DNA of 32,000 nucleotides from Pirellula staleyi DSM 6068 (lineage in GTDB: Bacteria; Planctomycetota; Planctomycetia; Pirellulales; Pirellulaceae): contig CP001848.1 in NCBI GenBank assembly GCA_000025185.1, forward strand, positions 5,340,001-5,372,000, read 5' to 3'. Below, one piece after another: positions 19,701 to 27,354 of the stretch (the stretch's first letter is position 1; every line of letters starts with the position of its first letter). The translations under genes and the position numbers were made by a program. The notes under the pieces were generated by a model. That model was not told where the DNA came from. It searched no databases and saw only the letters and a list, made by a program, of their open reading frames with translations.

Positions 19701-19996
19701 CCCAGTTTGAAGGTGATCGTCAGCGTCATCGCGCCGTCGTTGGTGCTTTGCGACGACATGTAGAGCATGTCCTCGACACCGTTCACCTCTTGCTCGATCG
19801 GAGTCGCTACCGTTTCAGCAATCACATCGGGGGATGCGCCAGGATAACTCGCGCGAACCACAATCGTGGGGGGCACAATATCGGGATACTGCGCAGCTGG
19901 AAGATCGTAATAGGCAATGATCCCGAGAATCACGATCACCGTCGAAACGACGGTGGCAAAAATCGGACGATCGATAAAAAATTGAGCAAAACGCAT
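16757..19996 (-). CDS. RND-family (AcrB/HAE1-like) efflux transporter permease
   Basis: 1079 aa. N-terminus MRFAQFFIDRPIFATVVS..., with 12-TM/large-loop architecture and typical blocks (AIGIVVDDAIVVVENV, LIGLAAKNAVLIVEFA). His-rich C-terminal tail. Its ATG overlaps the adaptor stop by 1 nt (TAATG). Confidence 0.95.
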   Translation of the reverse strand: MRFAQFFIDRPIFATVVSTVIVILGIIAYYDLPAAQYPDIVPPTIVVRASYPGASPDVIAETVATPIEQEVNGVEDMLYMSSQSTNDGAMTLTITFKLGTDLDKAQVLVQNRVATAEARLPEDVRRLGVTTIKSSPDLLMVIHMVSPENRFDQLYIGNYALIQVRDALARVDGVGDVSAFGLREYSMRIWLDPDKLANLGLTAGDVVASLREQNVQVASGVIGQPPIPQGNDFQLTVNTLGRLLTPEQFESIIVRSGSGGRVVRVKDVARIELGARDYSVNSYLDNQPAVALAIAQRPGSNALETADGVEATIRELSRNFPKGLEYRIVYNPTEFVRESIDSVIHTLYEAVVLVVIVVLVFLQNWRATLVPLVAIPVSLIGTFAAMSAFGFSLNMLSLFGLVLAIGIVVDDAIVVVENVERHIADGLSPRDAAYKAMSEVTGAVIAIAVGLSAVFVPTAFISGISGQFFRQFALTIAVSTLLSAFNSLTLSPALCVILLQPHGAKKDWFGRLWDFCFGWFFRLFNRAFDAVTFGYSKAVAQTVRYLVVPILIYVVLIGMTVVGFQQVPGGFIPGQDKGYLICVVQLPDGASLERTDAVMKRACEIILKHEAVNHTVAFAGFSGATRSNSPNSGAIFITPKSFGSRVKTGMTAGVILQQLQAEMNKIVEADIFIIPPPPVQGLGTAGGFKFLVQDRGGRGGRPLQEATDKLIAASRTEPSLMGVFTTFRASTPQLFVDVDRVKAKMLNVPVGNIFETLQVNLGSSYVNDLNLFGRTFQVRMQAEGEFRDRMEDIRRLKTRSATGQMVPLGSVVTTRPETGPDRVVRYNMYPAAEVQGDAAPGFSSGQAVATIERLAREQLPPGMSIAWTDLAYQEKLAGNTALYIFPLCVLFVFLTHSAEYESWSLPMAIILIAPVCLPFALLGVHLRGMDNNLITQIGFVVLIGLAAKNAVLIVEFAVQLEEQGRTAMEAAIESCRMRLRPIMMTSFAFILGVVPLARAEGPGSELRQVLGTAVFSGMLGVTILGLFLTPAFYVLLRGITDRVWGKRVHHHGSAHPPATSDAGSHATKPQDVPHDKPAH

Positions 19997-21615
19997 TAGT
20001 TCTGGCCCTCCTCAGCAGGAGGTGCCACGCCCTCGGCCGGAGCAGGGGGCTTCGGCGCGGGAGCGGGCTCGGTGGGAGCTGCGGCAGCGGGCGTCGGAGG
20101 CGCTTCCAGAGGGACTGCGGGTGGATTGATTTCCGTCTGCCCCTCGACATCTTTTAAGATCCGCTCGGTGCGCGGCGTCATGATCCACTCGGCACGCGGC
20201 ACAGGCTTGAAGTCGTCGGGAAGATCGCTCGAGCCAGCCTTGATCGGCTTGTTTTCCGGAGTCACACGCTGACCAGGAGTGACGCGCTGCATTCCCCCCA
20301 TCACCACCGTTTCGCTCCCGGTGAGCCCCTCGCGAATCACCCGTAAACCTTCGACCGAGGGACCCAGCTTCACCGACACGCGCTCGATCCGCTCGTCGGC
20401 TCCGACGATGTAGACATACTTTTCCGACTGATCGCTACCGATCGTTAAATCGGGGAGCAGCACCGCTTCGTAGCGGGCACTACCAGGGAGCCGCAGCCGC
20501 GCAAACAGCCCCGGCAACAGCAGCATATCTTTGGTGTTATGAAAGATCGCGCGCGCCCGAATCGTGCCGGTGTTTTGATCGATGACGTTATCGACAAAAT
20601 CGGTTTGCCCCAGATGCGGGTAGCCTTGTTCGTCGGCCAGCGCGATATAGACCGGATTGCGCGCAAAACGCGAGCCGGTCCGCTTTCCATTCTCGGCCAA
20701 CCGGGTGTACTTCAGATACGACTGCTCGTCGGCATCGAAAACGCAATGAATTGGATCGATCGAGATGATCGTCGTCAGGAGCGTTGCATTGCCAGTCCCA
20801 CCGGTCACCAAGTTGCCGTCGGTCACGAGTCGCTGTCCCACGAGCCCTGACACCGGCGCGAGAACCTTGGTGTAGCCCAAATTGATATCGGCGATTTGCT
20901 GAAATGCCATCGCCGTTTTGATCGCCGACTCCGCTGCCACCACCGCCGCTTTGGCCGAGACAAGTTTGGCATTGGCCGACTCGTAGTTGGCCGAAGCGTT
21001 TTCGAAACTCGACTGACGAATATCTACATCTTCTTGCGAGATTGCGTTTTGACTGCGGAGCTGCAAAGCGCGGTCGTATTGTTTCTTCGCAAGATCGAAA
21101 TCGGATTTCGCGACAAGAATGCCGGCGGTTGTTTCGGCCACAGCAGCTCGCGCTTGATCGGCCTGCGATTTCGCTTCATTCACTGCCGCTGCAGCGCGGT
21201 CCGCTTCTGCCTGGTAGGGGAGGGGATCGATCTCGAACAGCACCTGATCTTTTTTAACGATCTGCCCTTCGATGAAGTTGGCCGACTGGAGCAAACCACT
21301 CACGCGCGGACGAACTTCCGCCGCCTCCACCGCTTCGAAACGGGCCACATACTCGTCCCACTCGACGATCGGCTTCACGACCGGCTTGCAAGTGATGATC
21401 GGCACTGGGGGACGATTGTCGACCACCGGTTCGGTCATCCCTTCCTCGGCATGCTCTTCACCGTGGGAGGAACAGCCGACTGAGCTGACCAGCATCGCTG
21501 CCACGAGGAGCGTCGCGGACAGAGGGAGCCGCCAGGCGGCATGCATTGGGAGCTGGTTAAGCGACCAGCGCGACGGGGCAAAAAGCGGGGCCTGAGTGTT
21601 CACAAAAGCTCGCAT
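19996..21615 (-). CDS. RND periplasmic adaptor (membrane-fusion protein, HlyD/AcrA family), probable lipoprotein
   Basis: Lipobox-like LVSSVGC. Biotinyl-lipoyl-like hairpin (VSGLLQSANFIEGQIVKKDQVLFEIDP) and coiled-coil segment. Pro/Ala-rich C-terminal tail. An alternative start at 21546 (MHAAWRLPLS...) gives a more typical signal peptide. Confidence 0.9.
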   Translation of the reverse strand: MRAFVNTQAPLFAPSRWSLNQLPMHAAWRLPLSATLLVAAMLVSSVGCSSHGEEHAEEGMTEPVVDNRPPVPIITCKPVVKPIVEWDEYVARFEAVEAAEVRPRVSGLLQSANFIEGQIVKKDQVLFEIDPLPYQAEADRAAAAVNEAKSQADQARAAVAETTAGILVAKSDFDLAKKQYDRALQLRSQNAISQEDVDIRQSSFENASANYESANAKLVSAKAAVVAAESAIKTAMAFQQIADINLGYTKVLAPVSGLVGQRLVTDGNLVTGGTGNATLLTTIISIDPIHCVFDADEQSYLKYTRLAENGKRTGSRFARNPVYIALADEQGYPHLGQTDFVDNVIDQNTGTIRARAIFHNTKDMLLLPGLFARLRLPGSARYEAVLLPDLTIGSDQSEKYVYIVGADERIERVSVKLGPSVEGLRVIREGLTGSETVVMGGMQRVTPGQRVTPENKPIKAGSSDLPDDFKPVPRAEWIMTPRTERILKDVEGQTEINPPAVPLEAPPTPAAAAPTEPAPAPKPPAPAEGVAPPAEEGQN

Positions 21616-21878
21616 GGAAGATCTTCGCAGCGCGTCGTCGCTACGAAGGAGGTGCCTTAGCAGGAGACTAGTGCGCGGTGCACGGAGCTGGTCCGTGTAG
21701 GGCGCTAGTGATCCTCGCGGTACTCGACGAAATAGCCGCTACAAAAAGGGGAAGACGGGTTCCAAACAGGCCTCGTTCGCCGGGAGAAAAAGCGAGACGA
21801 AGGCAGTCGCTGAAGCAGCGCCGATGCTTCGCTGCCACGCAAAGGCTACCACCCAGAATCAGGAAGGAAAGCGTCGAG

Positions 21879-21905
21879 TGTGCGAAACTTAACACAATTC
21901 GCACA
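21879..21905. promoter_or_regulatory. 8-bp inverted repeat TGTGCGAA-N11-TTCGCACA in a divergent promoter region
   Basis: Read directly from the sequence. It sits between the RND adaptor gene (-) and the deaminase gene (+). Function is unknown. Confidence 0.2.
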
Positions 21906-22083
21906 GTCGGCAGCTTGCAGTGCACACCACTACCTGGGGGGAATCGATATAAAAAGGCTCGGCGGAATAAGCAGCGCGATCCTCACCGCATCGCCGCTTC
22001 GAAAGCGCCCCCGAGAGTACCCAGGATGGTCGATTTTTGAGTGCGTCGACTTGCTGGACACTTCATAATGTCGAGCCAATTAC

Positions 22084-22125
22084 CAGCCGCTCGATCGTCT
22101 CTTTTTGAGACCACTCGAGCGGCTG
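22084..22125 (+). other. Strong imperfect hairpin in the deaminase 5' leader
   Basis: Outer stem CAGCCGCTCGA / TCGAGCGGCTG (11 bp), a 2x3 internal loop, inner stem GTCTC / GAGAC and a T5 loop. It ends 21 nt before ATG 22147. No U-tract follows, so it is not a canonical terminator. Confidence 0.3.
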
Positions 22126-22146
22126 ACGTTTCCCCGGAGCTACTGC

Positions 22147-22620
22147 ATGACGACCTCTCCCACCCCCTCACGATCCGCTCTCGACGAGTCCTACATGCGG
22201 GCGGCGATCGAACTGGCTCGCCATGTCCCCCAGCTCCCATTTGGGGCGGTGATTGTCGATCGCAGCAGCGGAAAAATCATTGCCGGCGGGTTCAACCAGT
22301 CGGCAATGAATCCGACCTGGCATGGCGAAATCGTCGCCCTTAACGACCTGGCCCAGCGAGGCCTTCACGACCGTCCCTCCCTCGCGCTCTACACCACTGC
22401 CGAACCGTGTCCGATGTGCATGGGGGCAATTTTGTGGAGCCAAATCGAAGAGCTGATCTACGGCACGTCGATCCGCTTTTTGCAGCAAACCGGCTGGCGT
22501 CAGATCGATATTCTCGCGAGTGAAGTCCTCGCCCGCAGTCCGCTCGGGAAGTGCACCATTGTCCCCGGGGTGCTGGAAGAGGAGTGCAACGCCCTGTTTG
22601 TGGAGGCTCGCCGAACGTAG
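22147..22620 (+). CDS. Cytidine/deoxycytidylate-deaminase-fold nucleoside/nucleobase deaminase (GuaD/TadA-like)
   Basis: Zinc motifs WHGEIVAL (H-x-E) and AEPCPMCMGAILWS (PCxxC), plus PFGAVIV. The ORF-track start at 22105 is a TTG inside the leader hairpin loop, so ATG 22147 (MTTSPTPSRSALDESYMRAAIELAR) is preferred. Confidence 0.85.
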   Translation: MTTSPTPSRSALDESYMRAAIELARHVPQLPFGAVIVDRSSGKIIAGGFNQSAMNPTWHGEIVALNDLAQRGLHDRPSLALYTTAEPCPMCMGAILWSQIEELIYGTSIRFLQQTGWRQIDILASEVLARSPLGKCTIVPGVLEEECNALFVEARRT

Positions 22621-22649
22621 CGCGTCGCAGGCCAAGATCACTACCCGCC

Positions 22650-22756
22650 AAAGATCACAGCTGGAAAAGATCACAGCTGGAAAAGATCACAGCTGGAAAA
22701 GATCACAGCTGGAAAAGATCACAGCTGGAAAAGATCACAGCTGGAAAAGATCACAG
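22650..22756. repeat. Perfect 16-bp tandem repeat, AAAGATCACAGCTGGA x6 plus an 11-bp partial copy
   Basis: Counted copy by copy: 22650, 22666, 22682, 22698, 22714 and 22730, then a partial copy at 22746-22756. All copies are identical. A degenerate seed AAGATCAC lies at 22634-22641. Each unit contains GATC and the palindrome CAGCTG. Confidence 0.97.
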
Positions 22757-24820
22757 GGAGCGCTGATCGCGCTGGCCTGGACGCTGCGGCTCGAAACTTG
22801 GCAGAGGCAAGAGCGCCTCGATCGGTTCGGCATCGCCGTAAATCACCGCTGCATAGCGACGATACCAGACCGCCGCCTCGCGCAGTGCTGGATGCTCGGT
22901 CGCCTGACGCGCCAGACGATCGGCGAACTGATGCAGCGTCTCGTGCGACGCGCGGGCCAGCTGAAGTTTTGCCACTTCGCGATTCATCCGCGCCAGTAGT
23001 GCGCCGAGCATCTGCTGCCGCGCACTGGGTGGCGCTGCGCCGCTGCTTGCGACAAACTGCCGCATCACCACCCACGAGGCTGCGAGCAAACAGCCCGCCA
23101 GTGCGCTCCACCACGCAATATCGCCAATGTGGTAGTAGGTCCAGCTGAGCAGCTCGCGCAGGTTCCACGAAGAAGCCTCAGCATCGCTTTCTTTCGTCGA
23201 CTCATTTGCACTCGCATCGGCCAATTCTTCCGCGCGACGGACCACGATCTGCTTGGGAACATCAACACCTGGAGTCGCCTCGACGATCGACCAGAGTCCT
23301 GTATCGTTGTCGTACGCTTCCACCCACGCATGCGCATCGCGGTGCCGCGCGAGCCAGCTTTCGCCATCGCTCGACTGCTCGGTCACGGTGTAGCCAGTGA
23401 CGTAGCGGCAAGGGACCCCTTCGCTACGGAGCAGCAGCACCGCCGCCGAGGCAAAGAACTCGCAGTGCGCTGATGGTTTGCGGAGCAAGAAATACTCCAG
23501 GGGGTCGATACCGGTCGGCTTTTCGAATCCGGCGAGCGAGTATTCGTAGTTCGACTGAAAATAGTTTTCGACAGCCGCGATTTTTTGCTCGGTAGAACGT
23601 CGGTCGCGCAGCACCGTGGCAGCTGTTTCGTTCACCGTCACCGCCAAATGGGTTGGAATTTGCAGCAGCAGCGTGTCGAGCGGCTGTTCGAGTCTCGACG
23701 GTAACGGGCGGCTGCTCACCACGGCAGTATAGGTTTGATTCGCCTGGATTCCCGACTCGATGACGTCATGCCGATTCACCGACAAACTCGTCGCCGAGCC
23801 CTGCAAATACTCGGTCGCCAGGGGCAAAAAACAGCGGCGGCTGAAAGGCTGTGGACTATAGATTTCGAGCCTCGACCAAGGTCCTTCGCTCGCTTCGGCC
23901 AGCTCAAAAACATTAGCGTGATCGCGCGGCTCGATCACACTCGATAGCACGCGTACCGGCCAGAGCTTGCGCGTTGTGCTATTGCCTCCGCGCTCTCCAA
24001 AGGCTCGTCCGCGACGCATATTCCACTGACCGTGGGCATAGTTGTCGTAGACCGAACCTCGCAGGTAGCCCGGCATTTCGAACGAACGGACCGACAAAGC
24101 GACTCCCATCGGATTGGTCTGTTTTTCGAGCGACACGCTGGAGAGTGTCGCGGAGCTGCTCGGCGACGGAGCGCCGCGCGAACGTCCGGCAGCAGCGGCG
24201 ATGCGCTGCGAAAACCAACTCTGCATTTGCGGCACGCGCTGGATCACAACGTCGCTGATCTGCCAGGTTAACAGAGCCACGAGCGAAAACAGCAGCACCG
24301 AAGTGACCGGCAAGCGTAAGCGCCACGCAGGAGTCGTGGCCCAGCTGCGCCGACTCCCTTGCTGCACCACTGCCACGAGCCCGAGTGTCGTGAGAGCGAT
24401 CGTCAACTGCAGCCCACGATCGAGTGGCAATAGCAGCGATTGAAAGAGCCCGATCAGCGTCACGATTGCCAGTGTGCCGTGATGCCAGGGGAGGGGAGTA
24501 TCGTCGCGCAGTCGCACGAGCTCGACCAGTTGCAACATCAAGCCGAGCTGCGCTAGGGGGATTCCCCAGACCGTTTCGTAATCGACGAATTCCCCGAGAG
24601 CCGCTGCATCGAGAGCCGTCATTACGACCGCCATCAGCACGAGCGCAGCGCGGAGGATCAGCAGCGGCAGCCACGAAATCCGCCACCAGCCACGATGAAA
24701 ACTACAGAGCGCCGCACCGACGATCGCGAGCGCGGGAATCGCTACGTCACCGGCAACCGAGTAGACCAGTAGCGACTGAAACACAAGCAAAAGTGCGGCC
24801 GCCAGGCGGTAGGGATTCAT
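22751..24820 (-). CDS. Transglutaminase-like (Cys protease fold) polytopic membrane protein, third gene of the MoxR operon
   Basis: 689 aa. N-terminal multi-TM region. Core PSAHCEFFASAAVLLLRSEGVPCRYVTGY ... DAHAWVEAY (Cys and His of the TGase-like triad). A late TM helix and C-terminal tail follow. Its ATG overlaps the DUF58 gene stop (ATGA). Confidence 0.85.
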   Translation of the reverse strand: MNPYRLAAALLLVFQSLLVYSVAGDVAIPALAIVGAALCSFHRGWWRISWLPLLILRAALVLMAVVMTALDAAALGEFVDYETVWGIPLAQLGLMLQLVELVRLRDDTPLPWHHGTLAIVTLIGLFQSLLLPLDRGLQLTIALTTLGLVAVVQQGSRRSWATTPAWRLRLPVTSVLLFSLVALLTWQISDVVIQRVPQMQSWFSQRIAAAAGRSRGAPSPSSSATLSSVSLEKQTNPMGVALSVRSFEMPGYLRGSVYDNYAHGQWNMRRGRAFGERGGNSTTRKLWPVRVLSSVIEPRDHANVFELAEASEGPWSRLEIYSPQPFSRRCFLPLATEYLQGSATSLSVNRHDVIESGIQANQTYTAVVSSRPLPSRLEQPLDTLLLQIPTHLAVTVNETAATVLRDRRSTEQKIAAVENYFQSNYEYSLAGFEKPTGIDPLEYFLLRKPSAHCEFFASAAVLLLRSEGVPCRYVTGYTVTEQSSDGESWLARHRDAHAWVEAYDNDTGLWSIVEATPGVDVPKQIVVRRAEELADASANESTKESDAEASSWNLRELLSWTYYHIGDIAWWSALAGCLLAASWVVMRQFVASSGAAPPSARQQMLGALLARMNREVAKLQLARASHETLHQFADRLARQATEHPALREAAVWYRRYAAVIYGDAEPIEALLPLPSFEPQRPGQRDQRSL

Positions 24821-26172
24821 CGCCGCACCTCGCTTCCCCGAGTTGCCGGAGAAGTTGTAAACTCGCTTGAAATCGGCAGATTCTGAGGCATATTAGCCAC
24901 TTTCCAAACCTGCTGCTCATCGCGCTCAATCGGCACGAGCGACGGAGGAAGCGGCAACTCTTGCAGCGCCGCTGTGGCGCGCGTCGATGGTCGCGACGAC
25001 TTGGCTGCACTGCGCTGGATCACCATCCCCAGCACGTCGTAGCCATCGGACTCCCATTTTTCGAGCCACGCTTGCCGCGTCTCGTCCCAGCGGGTCATCA
25101 CCACCACCAAGAGCCGACTTCCCGATGTGGCCCGCTCGAGTCCCTGATGTTTCAAGGGAGTCGCTTCCGCCACAGCATGCGCGAGCGCTTCGAGCATCAG
25201 ATCGGCAGGCAAGCGTTCTCCATCCACGGGGGACTGCACCACGGTGGTCCCAATCACCAGCCGATCAATTGCCAGCGAAGTCTCCAGTGTGTCGTCGATC
25301 ACTGCTGCTGCGATCGAGAGCGCCTGCTCCATCGTTGCGAGTTCATCCGCTGGTGGCGTGACCTGACGTCGCTCTCCCGCTTCAGAGCTCAGGAACGTAT
25401 CGACCACCAGCGTGATCGAGAGAGGCTGAGGCTGATGATACTCGCGCACAATCGGCCGCCCGAGTCGCGCCCACGAACGATAATCGAAACGACGCGCGGG
25501 ACTTCCCGGAACATAGTCGCGATTTCCCAAATAGTCGTCGGAATCGCCGACTAAAAAGTTCCCCGCTGCTTCATCACTTTGTCGTCGCGCGGCAACTTCG
25601 GCCAGCAGCGAGCCATCGAGCCGCGCACTGGCGGGATACACCAGCACCATCCCATCGACCGGCTGCGAAGCGAACGTTTTCACCAGATGAAACGGATAGG
25701 TGCTCGTGACTTGAATCGACGGCGGCGTAAGCTCTCCACGCTGCTCGGGAATCACCGCGAGTGTCGCTTCAGCGAGCGCCAGACCTTCGAGTCGATCGAT
25801 CCGCACGGTCGACTCTCCCGCTTTCCATTCGCGCAATCGCGGAAGCGCTTCGAGGTCGACATCCGATGCGGGAAATCGGCTCTGATTCCGCACTTCGAGG
25901 AGCAATTCCGCAGGCGTTCCGACGCGTAGCGCAGCGCCATGCATCACGCGCGCAGCCAGTCGCGGCCGAAACAGCCGACTCGCAATGGCCACCACAATCA
26001 GCAGCCCCAAGATCGATGCGACCAGTTCCCCCATCATCTGCGTACTGTAGAAAAAACTGCAGGTGCAGAAGAGAAGGGCGAGTGTCAGGAGTTTGCCACC
26101 TCCGGTCAGGCGGCGACTCCACAGATGGTAGAGGTAGATGAACGTCGGAAATATCGCGCGCAGGCGATTCAT
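24817..26172 (-). CDS. DUF58-family protein (vWA-like fold), MoxR partner
   Basis: 451 aa with N-terminal TM helices. The DUF58 signature DYLGNRDYVPGSPARRFDYRSWARLGRPIVREYH is present. It has ATGA overlaps with both neighbouring genes. Confidence 0.8.
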   Translation of the reverse strand: MNRLRAIFPTFIYLYHLWSRRLTGGGKLLTLALLFCTCSFFYSTQMMGELVASILGLLIVVAIASRLFRPRLAARVMHGAALRVGTPAELLLEVRNQSRFPASDVDLEALPRLREWKAGESTVRIDRLEGLALAEATLAVIPEQRGELTPPSIQVTSTYPFHLVKTFASQPVDGMVLVYPASARLDGSLLAEVAARRQSDEAAGNFLVGDSDDYLGNRDYVPGSPARRFDYRSWARLGRPIVREYHQPQPLSITLVVDTFLSSEAGERRQVTPPADELATMEQALSIAAAVIDDTLETSLAIDRLVIGTTVVQSPVDGERLPADLMLEALAHAVAEATPLKHQGLERATSGSRLLVVVMTRWDETRQAWLEKWESDGYDVLGMVIQRSAAKSSRPSTRATAALQELPLPPSLVPIERDEQQVWKVANMPQNLPISSEFTTSPATRGSEVRR

Positions 26173-27134
26173 ACCGGCACTTCCACGCGAAGAACAAGTT
26201 CCTGCACCAAACTGCGGAGCACGGCCGGATGAGCGTCGGAAGTGCGCGCCGGGACGATGCGATGCGCGAGAACCAGCGGCGCCACGCGCTGCACATCGTC
26301 GGGCAAAACGTAGCTCCGTCCCGCCATGTAGGCCGATGCCTGAGCGGCTCGCGCCAGCATCAACGAACCACGGGGCGAGACACCGACTCGCAGCCGCGCA
26401 TCGCTGCGCGTGAGTCCCACAACACTCACCATATACTTGCCGACGCGCGGTTCGATCGAAACTCGCTCGACTTCGCGCTGCACGGCCAGCAGCTCCTCGC
26501 GCGAGAGTGCCGCCGCTGCGCTCACCACCTTCGACGACGTCGAGGCAAGCAGCATCTCGAGTTCACTCGACGGATCGGGATAACCCACCGACAGCTGAAA
26601 CAAAAAGCGATCGAGCTGCGATTCAGGCAGTGGAAACGTACCGCGTGAACCGGTCGGATTTTGCGTCGCGATCACCATGAAGGGAGGGCGTAGTGGATGC
26701 CGCACTCCTTCCACTGTCACTTGCCCTTCCGCCATCGCCTCGAGCAACGCCGACTGCGTGCGAGGGGAGGCCCGATTAATCTCGTCGACCAGCAGCAAGT
26801 TACAGAAAATTGGCCCCGGCCTGAACTGAAACACACCTTCCTGCGGATGCAGCACCGAAAAACCAAAAATATCGGCCGGCAGCAAATCGGGCGTACATTG
26901 TACCCGCTGAAACTCGAGCTCCACCGCAGCGGCCAGCGTTTTGGCGAGCGTCGTTTTTCCAACGCCTGGCACATCTTCGAGCAGAATCGAACCACCCGCG
27001 ATCACCGCCATCACCAGATGGTCGATCACCTCTTGCTTGCCGCGAATCACTTGCGCGAGCCGCTCGGCCACCAGCCGCACCGACGCCGAGAGTTGCTTCG
27101 TACTCTCGATCTCCTCCACAATCGTCATCGGCAC
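26169..27134 (-). CDS. MoxR-family AAA+ ATPase
   Basis: 321 aa. Walker A LLEDVPGVGKTTLAKTLA, Walker B LLVDEINRASPRTQSALLEAMAEGQVTVEG, ATQNP, then a C-terminal lid domain. Confidence 0.93.
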   Translation of the reverse strand: MPMTIVEEIESTKQLSASVRLVAERLAQVIRGKQEVIDHLVMAVIAGGSILLEDVPGVGKTTLAKTLAAAVELEFQRVQCTPDLLPADIFGFSVLHPQEGVFQFRPGPIFCNLLLVDEINRASPRTQSALLEAMAEGQVTVEGVRHPLRPPFMVIATQNPTGSRGTFPLPESQLDRFLFQLSVGYPDPSSELEMLLASTSSKVVSAAAALSREELLAVQREVERVSIEPRVGKYMVSVVGLTRSDARLRVGVSPRGSLMLARAAQASAYMAGRSYVLPDDVQRVAPLVLAHRIVPARTSDAHPAVLRSLVQELVLRVEVPV

Positions 27135-27354
27135 TCCACTTCACGCTGGGGAATCGCGCGCGGCTTCCGCACACGGGTATCACACTTAGCGATGTTACCC
27201 CTTTTGACGGTCGCGACAACTGTCTTCATCGAAAACTCTTGATCGGTCGCGCTCGCCACTTTCCCAGCGCACCCGGCTCCCGCCTTGCTGCCAGCAGTGC
27301 AAAGCGCTACGCTAATACCTTGCGCATTTTGATTACTGCACAGGAGTTATAGCG

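Noticed and set aside
21668-22068. ORFs of 62-120 aa on both strands in the RND/deaminase intergenic region. There is also a CAGGAAGGAAAGC stretch (about 21859-21871) that is superficially reminiscent of the SRP RNA domain IV GGAA loop.
   Set aside because: The ORF translations are Arg-rich, have no motif and overlap one another. The SRP-like string lacks the complementary flanks needed for the conserved helix.
22147-22620. The deaminase as a toxin, anti-phage or editing effector.
   Set aside because: It is a compact single-domain GuaD/TadA-like enzyme with standard HxE/PCxxC motifs. It has no fused targeting domain, no adjacent immunity-like small ORF and no mobile-element context. A housekeeping nucleobase or tRNA deaminase is the simpler reading.
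22650-22756. Possible CRISPR array.
   Set aside because: The repeats are directly adjacent with no spacers, the unit is only 16 bp, and no cas genes are present.
22520-22999. Plus-strand ORFs (159 aa and 71 aa) that read through the 16-bp repeat and give a periodic KDHSWKRSQLEKITAG peptide.
   Set aside because: The periodic peptide is just the 48-nt (3 x 16) beat of a non-coding repeat. The ORFs overlap the 3' ends of two well-supported genes and have no start context.
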